From Blastocatellia bacterium (GTDB lineage Bacteria > Acidobacteriota > Blastocatellia > UBA7656), in assembly GCA_035277165.1 (NCBI GenBank), contig DATEKX010000069.1:1-24271 (forward strand): a stretch of 24,271 nt of DNA, read 5' to 3'. The stretch's first letter is position 1; each line of letters begins with the position of its first letter. The notes beneath the pieces are model-generated. The model searched no databases, had not been told where the DNA came from, and saw only the letters and a program-made list of their open reading frames with translations. Below are positions 8,574-16,561 of the stretch, one piece after another. The translations under genes were made by a program, and so were the position numbers.

Positions 8574-10007
8574 TTAAACTCCTGATCTTTTTTCGAGAGG
8601 ACCAAACTGGTCCCGTGTAGGCTCCGCTCAGCAGAACCATGCTTCGGTAAGACGCGGCGGGCGAAGCTTCATCGGCGCAATATCAGGCGCATAGCGAATC
8701 ATTTCTTCATCGCCGCGCGCTCGATGTGCCGCGTCGCAAATTCGTTGAAACGTAAAGCCGGAGTCTTCATTTCTGCGAGCCGCCTGCTCGACTATCCGAA
8801 CAACCTGTTTGTGTAGCTCGTCCATCCGTGGGTCTGTGTGCGACCAGTTGTAACTGAACGATTCTTGCGCAAGCGGCCCAAGCCACGCTTCGGTGCCGGG
8901 TCGTGAAACAAGCAGCGAACCGGGCGGCACAAGCAACCGAATGCTGTATTGCACAGGGTCAACATGATCTATGAGATTGTGCGAGCGAACGAAATCGAGC
9001 ACTTCAATAAAATCATCAATTGTAGTCCACGGCGTGAAGGACACGAAAGACGGCCTGAGCGCGATGCCCGCATCGCGAAGTATGTGAAGCGCACGGCCTA
9101 CATCCCCGCGCGCGTGGCCCTTTTCGAGATGTGCGAGAACAATGTCGCTCAACGACTCAACCGCAGAGACCACGAAAACGCAGCCCGCGCGGGCAAGTTC
9201 TGCGATCAGCGAGCGATACTTGATTATGTGCTCGACCTTCGCCGTGAAATCGAAAGTCAGTTCGGGAAACTCTTCGTGCATTGCGCGCGCGATTCTAAGG
9301 CTGTGCGTCGGGCCGTTTAGAAAATCAGGGTCGCCGAATGTAATGTGACGAGCGCCCGACCCAACAAGCTGGCGAATGTCTTCGAGCACAACCTGCTCAG
9401 GCACGACGAAGAAGCGACCGTTGTAAACAGGTGGAATCGGGCAGTGCGTGCAATAGTGAAGGCATCCGCGACTTGCTTCGACGTAGCCCGCAAGCTGCTG
9501 CTCGCCGTTGTGCTCAAGCTTGGCGTAACGTTCGAGCGCGGGAAGTGCGCTGCGCTCTGGAAGCGGAAAATCCAGCCGCGCAAGCACAGGCAGCTTTTTC
9601 GCGCTGACCTGTGACCCTTCGTCTATCTCTTTGATCAGATCAACAAGCGACTGCTCAAACTCTCCGCCAATTACAGAATCGGCCACATTATTGAGCAGGT
9701 AATCCGCGTTGAGCGAAGCGTACAAGCCATAAAAGCAAATATGTGCGTGAGGATTGATGCGGCGAATCGTTTCGCCAACGCGCAGTCCCAACCTCAAGGC
9801 CGTGTGCATCGGAACCGATATGCCGATGAAGCGCGCGCGCTTCACTTTCTGCTCATCGAAACCTTCGACTGACACATCCATCGCTTCGGCCTCGTACCCG
9901 GCGCGACGCAAAAATCCCAGCGGCACGGCGAGGCTCGCAGGCTGATGCCCAAGCTCGTAGCACGAAACAAGCAGGATGGAATCGGTTTTGCCATTCGATA
10001 CATTCAT
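8574..10007 (-). CDS. Radical SAM selenoprotein, CUAEP/CCAEP-tail type, with in-frame UGA (Sec) at 8628-8630
   Basis: CxxxCxxC in EASRGCLHYCTHCP; N-terminal cobalamin-binding-like domain. The ORF-track stop is TGA after WFC; read-through gives WFC-U-AEPTRDQFGPLEKRSGV, ending at TAA 8574-8576. The family name is recalled from curated annotation, not searched. Confidence 0.88.
8598..8627 (-). promoter_or_regulatory. Putative bacterial SECIS element
   Basis: mRNA reads UGA-GCGGAGCCUACAC-G-GGACCA-GUU-UGGUCC-U: a 6-bp stem plus G.U pair, with the loop G 21 nt after the UGA. Confidence 0.7.
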
Positions 10008-10045
10008 CTTTAATTATTGTAGAGACATAATGCCTGCTTCGCCAT

Positions 10046-11278
10046 TTATTCGATTATGAACTCAAGCCGCGAATGAGCTTCACGAAGCGCGGCTTCGGCT
10101 CTTTCGGCGGTGGCGGCGCGGCTGAAGATGAACCCCAGATAGCTCGCGCCTTCCGGCGGCGGCTGAATTTCCTGCGTGATGTGCGCGCTGATGATTACGT
10201 CTTCAACGCCCATCACACGGCGAGCCTCGTCCACGCCATTGACTTCGCGCAGTATGCCTGAGCGAGGAACTGGAATCATCATCACGCCTGATGCCTGAGC
10301 TTCTCGCTCGATGCGGCTTACATCTTCGCCCAGCGCGTGGCGAATCAACACTTCTTCAAGTGAAGCCCCTTCGCCGAATCTGAGCGCACGCGAGCACAAC
10401 CCGCCGATGGCGCGCGCAGCCACTTCAATCACCCACGGCCCTTGATCGTTTACGCGCAGTTCTGCGTGTACAGGGCCTTTCGTCATGCCCATAGCGCGCG
10501 TTGCGGCTGCCGTAGTCTCTATAACCTGCTGCTGAACTTCCGAAGAGAGGCGCGAAGGAGTCACGTAGATTGTTTCCTCGAAGAAAGGCCCGTCAAGTGG
10601 ATCGGGCTTATCGAAAATTGCGAGCGAGCGAAACCGGCCATCAGTGACAAGCCCTTCGACTGCAACTTCAAAGCCCGGAATGAACTCTTCGATCAAAGCT
10701 TCGCGAGCCAGAGCGCCGCCGCGCCGCGCAATGTGCGGCTTACTGACGATACGGTCAAGTCGCGCGATTGCTTCGACCAATGCTTCTTCCGTGTTGGCTC
10801 GCATCACTCCGCGACTCGTCGAAAGAAAGACAGGTTTGATCACGCAAGGATAAACGACGCGTGCGGCAACCAGGCGCGGGTTTTCGTCAAGCGAGACGGG
10901 CCAGTAGCGCGGCACACGCACGCGGGCGCGGCTCAAAACTTCGCGCATCAAGTGTTTGTTCTTTGCCGCGCGCGCTGACTCTACGGGATTATGTTCAAGA
11001 CCGAGCGTCTGTGCGATTGATGAAGCGACCACAGCCGTATCTTCATCAACAGGGATGACGGCATCAACTTTGTGTTGCGCGGCGTACTCTGATGCTTTGC
11101 GCGCAGATTGTGCAGGGTCGAAGAAATCGAGCGTCAACAAACCTTCGGGATTTTGCGCTGCAAGCGTGCTGGGCTGTTCGGTAGCCGCGACAATGTTGAC
11201 GCCCAGTTTGAGCGCCGCATCCATAAATGCTTTCGTGCGATATGTTGTTGTGGGCAGAAGTAAAAGGACTCTCGGCAT
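10046..11278 (-). CDS. ATP-grasp domain protein (L-amino-acid ligase-like)
   Basis: KHLMREVL, YPCVIKPVFLSTSRGV, LIEEFIPGFEVAVEG, HAELR and VIEVAARAIGG, plus a C-terminal extension typical of LAL-type ATP-grasps. Confidence 0.88.
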   Translation of the reverse strand: MPRVLLLLPTTTYRTKAFMDAALKLGVNIVAATEQPSTLAAQNPEGLLTLDFFDPAQSARKASEYAAQHKVDAVIPVDEDTAVVASSIAQTLGLEHNPVESARAAKNKHLMREVLSRARVRVPRYWPVSLDENPRLVAARVVYPCVIKPVFLSTSRGVMRANTEEALVEAIARLDRIVSKPHIARRGGALAREALIEEFIPGFEVAVEGLVTDGRFRSLAIFDKPDPLDGPFFEETIYVTPSRLSSEVQQQVIETTAAATRAMGMTKGPVHAELRVNDQGPWVIEVAARAIGGLCSRALRFGEGASLEEVLIRHALGEDVSRIEREAQASGVMMIPVPRSGILREVNGVDEARRVMGVEDVIISAHITQEIQPPPEGASYLGFIFSRAATAERAEAALREAHSRLEFIIE

Positions 11279-11293
11279 AAACTCTCGACTGCT

Positions 11294-11959
11294 TCAACGA
11301 TGCTCGTCCACGCCTACTTGTTGACACATCTCAAGCACAGGACAGGTAGAGCAGCGCGGGAGCCTGCCTGTGCAGATATGTTTGCCGAACGGTACAAGAA
11401 GGCGATTGATCTCTACCCAGTACTGGCGCGGCAGTTTTTTAACGAGCGCTTCCATAGTCTGCTCAGGCGTGCGAGTTTGAACATAGCCCCAGCGATTTGT
11501 TACTCGGTGAACATGTATGTCAACGCCGATGTAAGGCTGGCCGCACGCGATGCCAAGCACAAGATTGGCGCACTTGGGGCCGACGCCCTTGAACGAAAGC
11601 AGCGTGTCAGCATCGCACGGCAGTTTGCCATCGTGTTCTTCGATTACGCGGCGAGCGATTTCATGAATCTGTCGCGCTTTGTTCTCGTGAAAAGTTGAAG
11701 GGCGAATTATCTCGTCAATCTCTTCCGTCGTCAGGCGACTGATCTCTTCAGGCGATCGCGCGCGCGCGAACAATTTGCGCGCCGTTGGCAGCATCACTTC
11801 GTCGTAAGTGCGGATAGAGATGATACAGGCGACGAGTTGCTCGAACGGCGAATCGAAGCCGTCTTCGGCCAGCTCGAACATCGCAGCTTTGGCGAAAGGC
11901 TCGGTTGCTTCACGGATTCGGCTGATTGCCGTATCGATATTAAATGGAGGTTTCGCCAT
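11294..11959 (-). CDS. nth: Endonuclease III (HhH-GPD DNA glycosylase with 4Fe-4S cluster)
   Basis: HhH GVGPKCANL (catalytic Lys), VDIHVHRV (catalytic Asp), and C-x6-C-x2-C-x5-C (CTGRLPRCSTCPVLEMC). ATG 11959 preferred over the ORF-track start at 11995. Confidence 0.9.
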   Translation of the reverse strand: MAKPPFNIDTAISRIREATEPFAKAAMFELAEDGFDSPFEQLVACIISIRTYDEVMLPTARKLFARARSPEEISRLTTEEIDEIIRPSTFHENKARQIHEIARRVIEEHDGKLPCDADTLLSFKGVGPKCANLVLGIACGQPYIGVDIHVHRVTNRWGYVQTRTPEQTMEALVKKLPRQYWVEINRLLVPFGKHICTGRLPRCSTCPVLEMCQQVGVDEHR

Positions 11960-12004
11960 AATTGCTGATCTTAACACAGACCGCGCGACGCCCACATCGC
12001 CGCT

Positions 12005-12013
12005 TGCTATGAT
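12005..12013 (+). promoter_or_regulatory. Extended -10 element (TGcTATGAT), probable native promoter of the gene now at 17603
   Basis: TGnTATGAT lies 21 nt upstream of the ATG inside the attL core (12035), divergent from nth. Confidence 0.45.
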
Positions 12014-12029
12014 ATTAATTCTACAGCAA

Positions 12030-12046
12030 TTTTTATGGACATATTA
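12030..12046 (+). other. attL core site
   Basis: TTTTTAT-GGACATA-TTA; the left arm plus overlap match the reconstructed attB inverted repeat. Confidence 0.8.
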
Positions 12047-12127
12047 GTAATTTGGTTGGCGCGCGTTCTGTTTTCACCATTTAAGACGCGAAACTAGCCG
12101 CAAAAGTTAGAAAACTTCGCACGTTGT

Positions 12128-12148
12128 TATTACCCAAACTGTGACCCA
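12128..12148 (+). repeat. Integrase arm-type binding sites (left end)
   Basis: TATTACCCA (12128) and TGTGACCCA (12140) in tandem at 12-bp spacing. AAACTGTGACCCAGT (12136-12150) is repeated exactly at 17520-17534. Confidence 0.7.
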
Positions 12149-12731
12149 GTATGGCACAACACTATAAACAACGCAGATATCATTGAGCCGAACTCTGCAA
12201 TGCTTGCGCTAGAATGCCTTCAGAGCGATTTTCTCTCCCGGCCATCTGAGACTCGGACAGAATCATCCCGGCTTGAAATAGGCAGGTTTCCGCTTTACGG
12301 TAGACCCTCATAGAATTAGGGTAGCAATGCGCTAGATGCGCAACCGGCTGTGCCTGTGACGATCAATAATCTACAGCATGTAAATATAGGTGCCGACAGA
12401 GGCCAGTAGACGAATGTGGTAAATAGGGGAGCTTACACATCTATTCCGAGCTGAATAGGATCAAAAGGCAGCAGCCGACTGCGGGAAGTTTCATTTTGCA
12501 ATGTTCCCATTACGGCAAATAAAGATTTAAATGACATGACTAAAGAATTCTTCGACGATACTCCCAAACCTGTAAACTGTTTATTCAGGATGCTCGATTT
12601 CTCAGATTACTCAAATCTTCTTCCCGCCCGCGAGCATTATGACCTGAGGTTGGACTTTATCAATATACTTATAGCTTCAGAGAAATTGCTAATGTGCGAC
12701 TACAGACTTTTGTGTGTTGGTGGTTCGAGCT

Positions 12732-13760
12732 TTAGTTATTATTTTCCAAGTCACTCTCGATGATCTCCTTGATTGAATTGCAGATTGCGACTAATGCAGG
12801 GAGGGGAAACGACGACGAACTCGCTATGATACACTGCCCGTCAATTCGGAGGCCATCCCAGCCGTAAGAAAACTCAACATCTGGGAAGTAGGCGTACTCT
12901 ATGCGTCCGTTATGTCCAATGAGCTTGTAATAAATTGCTGTCCCAGTAAAGGCGATGGCTCTCTTTGCTGAACCGAATACAGTAGAGTCAATTATCGCAA
13001 TAATCTTTTGGGTTGCCGGAACAGCACAGTATGACCTGGCATTCATCAGTTTATTGGGCGGGATATTCGGTGTGACATAGAAGTCTGGTTGTGATTGATA
13101 TTCTTTCAATATTTCTAAGAGGTGATCTCCAATATCTCGTCTTCGCTTCCTGCGCATATTTTCAGCAGGTATCGTGCACACGAAAAAGAAAATAACAACA
13201 ATAATAGCTAGCCCTCCAGACGTTCCCCATCTTGCGAGTGTAGACATGAAGGCCAGGTAATTCAGAACGGCAACATGTGTAGCGAAACAAAAAACAGGGA
13301 TGAATAAAAACAGACATCCCTGTTTTTTCTGGTAGGCTTTTGTATCTAACTCCTGCAAGAAGAATGACAAAATGAATGCGAGCCAGAACTCACTTGCTAA
13401 CAGGACAATTATACAAGGCCATGGCTGAGAACGAAGGAAGGTAATCCCCCAAAGAGGAAAAAGTAAGACTGGAAGTAATATAAAAGCTACTCGAAGCCAA
13501 CGTGTAGACACTTTTAAAGCGATGAGAGTGAAAGCTAGGCATGCGTAGACCGCTGTTGCGAATGCGAAAGATTGATCGGAAAAAAAAAAGAAGATTTTCC
13601 AGTTAGTGTTTGGAAGCAACGACCATGAAAATCTAAGAGAAATCTTAGGATATTCGAGGCTACTTGAAATGGTTGCAAGGTTCGCTAAGAACGAGGCAGA
13701 ACCCGTCACGAACGCAATGAATGATGCTATGCCTGAAAAACAGGAGTTGTTGTTATTCAT
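12732..13760 (-). CDS. Hypothetical multi-pass membrane protein with C-terminal soluble domain
   Basis: 342-aa ORF; about 6-7 hydrophobic segments, then RRKRRR, then a soluble domain (PNIPPNKLMNA...IIDSTVFGSAKRAIAFT). Confidence 0.75.
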   Translation of the reverse strand: MNNNNSCFSGIASFIAFVTGSASFLANLATISSSLEYPKISLRFSWSLLPNTNWKIFFFFSDQSFAFATAVYACLAFTLIALKVSTRWLRVAFILLPVLLFPLWGITFLRSQPWPCIIVLLASEFWLAFILSFFLQELDTKAYQKKQGCLFLFIPVFCFATHVAVLNYLAFMSTLARWGTSGGLAIIVVIFFFVCTIPAENMRRKRRRDIGDHLLEILKEYQSQPDFYVTPNIPPNKLMNARSYCAVPATQKIIAIIDSTVFGSAKRAIAFTGTAIYYKLIGHNGRIEYAYFPDVEFSYGWDGLRIDGQCIIASSSSFPLPALVAICNSIKEIIESDLENNN

Positions 13761-13954
13761 GATTGATTTTTAAGAGCAGCACCTTAAATGGTTTAAGTTG
13801 CATCTCCTAATATGATTTAGCCTCAGGTACGATGCATATACATTTGCATGGGATATATACTCGTATAATCTTATCTCCATCAATTAGCTTGTTAGAGCGC
13901 AGTGTATATCACAATCTCAGGAGGCATGAAAGCAAGAAAAACACATATTGAAGT

Positions 13955-13982
13955 TTGACACCGTCTCGTTTCTAAATATAAA
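13955..13982 (+). promoter_or_regulatory. Sigma70-like promoter with no long downstream ORF
   Basis: TTGACA-16 nt-TATAAA; overlapped by the imperfect inverted repeat AGGGATAC-N8-GTGTCCCT (13982-14005). Confidence 0.5.
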
Positions 13983-14458
13983 GGGATACCCTTTCAAGTG
14001 TCCCTGTCCTTGCTATGAAGCATGGGCCGCGTTCGCATCACGGTCCTGCTCTATCATTCGCTTGATTAAATCAAGGTAGGCTGAATCCTGCTGTCATTGT
14101 GCGGAGTAAGATTCTTTGATTAGTCCCGAATTAGAAACTCCACAACTCCGCTCCCTCATGCCAGTAGCGATGCTCGCGCGGCTGTCTCGCGGCGGCTCCC
14201 TTACTGCTCATATCTATAAATTTCGGCTCGCACATTTAGCCGCTGCGAGACTTTTAGATGCGAGATGATTGCGCAACGCCACGTACGACTTCCGGTGAAG
14301 GTCTCGCGCAAACGTCCGTAACGTTTCGCGACCAGAAAGGTAATTGTTTTGCAACAGGCAAAGAACGCGCACGAGTGGCGGAGGAACTTTATTCCTGTTA
14401 AGACAACTTGCTTCAATTACAGTATAGGCAGGCTGCATCTTAGAAACTGTATGTGGAG

Positions 14459-15667
14459 TCAGGGCCGATCTAAATAGACCATATATTGGCATCGGCCATT
14501 TTCACCGTTTAATCTGAGGAGGTACTGCCCATCAGCCGGTGGCGTGAAGGGTATTTCTTGTACACGATCATGAAATATATTTATTGGTTCCTTTAGCTTC
14601 CGGCCTCTGGAATCATAGATTCCAGCCTTAAACCTTGCAAGAAGTTTAGGGCTATACTCTCCTGCTCGAACAGTAAAAAGCAAAGGCGAATTAGCAATCC
14701 CGTCGAACTTGTAATTCTTGTATTGGCCCACAACAATTGTTCCATTCTTTTTATTTCCAACCTCAATACGTTCTATATCAGGCTCATCCTCACGTTTAGC
14801 TACCTGATCATCTGACGATGGTTTATTAGGCTTATCCGGTTGGTGTATTTGATTGGTAGGACTAGTTTCGACTTCAGATAATCGCGTGGTGTTTGCAGAA
14901 TCGCCTGTGAAGTGGAACTGTCCTACTAATGATGATGACTCCCAAGGTGTTTGCCGATCACCCGTTGCTCTGCGAACCGCGACACGCACACTCTTGAATA
15001 CTTCTTCCACACTTAATCCTGGCATACGCATAGCCTTTAGGAGTTCTTGAGTATAAAGCCCATTTCTTCCTGTCCCATCGCTTGCAACCGATCCAGGCGC
15101 TGTTGCATAAGCGATGAGCGTTCCGCTCGGAGCATCCATCGAAGCAAGCCCTTTTTGTGTGGAGCGAAAACTTCTAGCAAAAGGGTTATTTCGACAAGCA
15201 TCAAGAATGACAATGTTAAGACGATTACGAGCAGTCTCCATTTGCGCCAACACTAGACCGACATCAACCGACTCATACTCAACCTCTTCTTCGCTTGCGA
15301 TTGTAGCGCCCACCGGAATTAAATAATTGCTTCCTTTTATTTGCATACCATGACCGGCATAGTAGAAAAGCCCTATCCCGCCATTGCGAATTTTTTGACC
15401 GAAGGCCCGAATACTGCGCTTCATATCATTCTGCGACAGGTTTTCGCCAAGTATGACTTCAAAGCCAACGCTTCGCAGGGTTTGGGCCATGTCTCTGGCA
15501 TCATTAACAGGATTTAGTAAAGGTGAATCTTTGTAAGTGCTATTGCCTATGACCAATGCGACACGTTGTTCTGAACGGGCATCTTTCATTATTAACTTAC
15601 GATCCTGAGCATGTGAGGAAAATAAAACCAGCAAAAACAAATAAAAGATACAAAGTAGGTTTTTCAT
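14459..15667 (-). CDS. Caspase-family (peptidase C14) protease with signal peptide and C-terminal PPC-like beta domain
   Basis: RVALVIGNSTY, YYAGHG (catalytic His), ILDACRNNPF (catalytic Cys), YATAPG and QTPW; N-terminal MKNLLCIFYLFLLVLFSSHA/QD; RBS AAGGAG. Confidence 0.92.
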   Translation of the reverse strand: MKNLLCIFYLFLLVLFSSHAQDRKLIMKDARSEQRVALVIGNSTYKDSPLLNPVNDARDMAQTLRSVGFEVILGENLSQNDMKRSIRAFGQKIRNGGIGLFYYAGHGMQIKGSNYLIPVGATIASEEEVEYESVDVGLVLAQMETARNRLNIVILDACRNNPFARSFRSTQKGLASMDAPSGTLIAYATAPGSVASDGTGRNGLYTQELLKAMRMPGLSVEEVFKSVRVAVRRATGDRQTPWESSSLVGQFHFTGDSANTTRLSEVETSPTNQIHQPDKPNKPSSDDQVAKREDEPDIERIEVGNKKNGTIVVGQYKNYKFDGIANSPLLFTVRAGEYSPKLLARFKAGIYDSRGRKLKEPINIFHDRVQEIPFTPPADGQYLLRLNGENGRCQYMVYLDRP

Positions 15668-15785
15668 GAATGTACTCCTTGGAATCAAGGCAGTTTTTCA
15701 GGCATATCACAAACCGACATTAACCTTGCGCGCAATCTATATCACAAACTAATTGCAAATTAAAAGTCTGGGCCGCGCTCGCATC

Positions 15786-16163
15786 ATGGCCCTTAATGAG
15801 GGTCAGAAGGTAGATCATCTACCTTCTGAGGCAAGAAACGATGCTAGAAAGAGGATATCTAAGAAAACAGAAGAGAATAAGGTATCCCCTTCTAGAAGCG
15901 TGGTTGAGTGCCCGGACAAGTCAAAAAAAATCGTTCTCGATGCAGCCATCTCGCGCAATACCGGCAACGACCAGTCAATGATTGTTCGGAGTGAAGCAGG
16001 CACAGCATTAGATGGAAGGCGTTATGTCTCGATTGAAGAAGGCGCGTCGGAAATTCCCTTTGACGAAATTGAATACGAGTCGCCATCTGTGGCCGGGTCG
16101 TCTGATCCTCTGGTTCAGGCGCTGACCGAAGATGAAGCCGAATCAGAAGAGCCTAAGATTTGA
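15786..16163 (+). CDS. Hypothetical protein (charged, acidic C-terminus)
   Basis: Open frame upstream of and co-oriented with xis; no recognisable motif; start uncertain (15753 or 15786). Confidence 0.45.
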   Translation: MALNEGQKVDHLPSEARNDARKRISKKTEENKVSPSRSVVECPDKSKKIVLDAAISRNTGNDQSMIVRSEAGTALDGRRYVSIEEGASEIPFDEIEYESPSVAGSSDPLVQALTEDEAESEEPKI

Positions 16164-16218
16164 TTCAGAAGATAATAATCAAGTGTAATGATTCGGCCTG
16201 AAAGAGTGGTGTTGAACG

Positions 16219-16509
16219 ATGAGTAATACAATAGCATTTCCAAAAAAGCGCGATGACACGAGCAAACAAGTACTGCCAATGCTCGATCTGCCAGAGCCGC
16301 GCATCTGGAGCCCGCAAAACCTCGCTGACTTTCTCGGTATGTCTATTCACTGGGTTCGCAAGCGAACAGAATCAAAAGCCGAAGACCCAATCCCTCGCGT
16401 TGCTGGCGTGGGGTGGCTGCGCTTCGATGCTCATTCGCCAGCCTTTCAACAATGGCTGCGAAGATTATTAGGCTCTGGCTATATTGACAATGTTGAAGGT
16501 GATGAATAG
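16219..16509 (+). CDS. Excisionase / recombination directionality factor (winged HTH)
   Basis: WSPQNLADFLGMSIHWVRK...IPRVAGVGWLRFD is a Xis/HTH_17-like pattern; immediately upstream of the integrase. Confidence 0.75.
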   Translation: MSNTIAFPKKRDDTSKQVLPMLDLPEPRIWSPQNLADFLGMSIHWVRKRTESKAEDPIPRVAGVGWLRFDAHSPAFQQWLRRLLGSGYIDNVEGDE

Positions 16510-16561
16510 AGTAGCGGCGAAAACAGAACGCGGGCCGCAACAAGAAAGGAGACTTCTTATC

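Noticed and set aside
8628-8630. TGA as the true stop of the radical SAM gene
   Set aside because: The CUAEP context, SECIS-like hairpin and downstream in-frame TAA favour Sec, pending confirmation of sel genes.
12040-12130. tRNA or tmRNA fragment at the element boundaries
   Set aside because: No cloverleaf, T-loop or CCA-type sequence at either end; the att core lies in a protein start codon instead.
12536-12763. 75-aa + strand ORF in the island
   Set aside because: No RBS or motif, and it overlaps the 3' end of the convergent membrane gene; cannot be supported.
14158-14268. Short + strand ORF with a vague integrase box II look (SLTAHIYKFRLAHLAAARLLDAR), and a CACGTACG stretch nearby resembling group II intron domain V
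   Set aside because: HxxR spacing is wrong and the domain V stem cannot be formed; resemblance is likely chance.
14201-14492. Two minus-strand ORFs downstream of the caspase gene
   Set aside because: No RBS or recognisable domain; composition is not protein-like.
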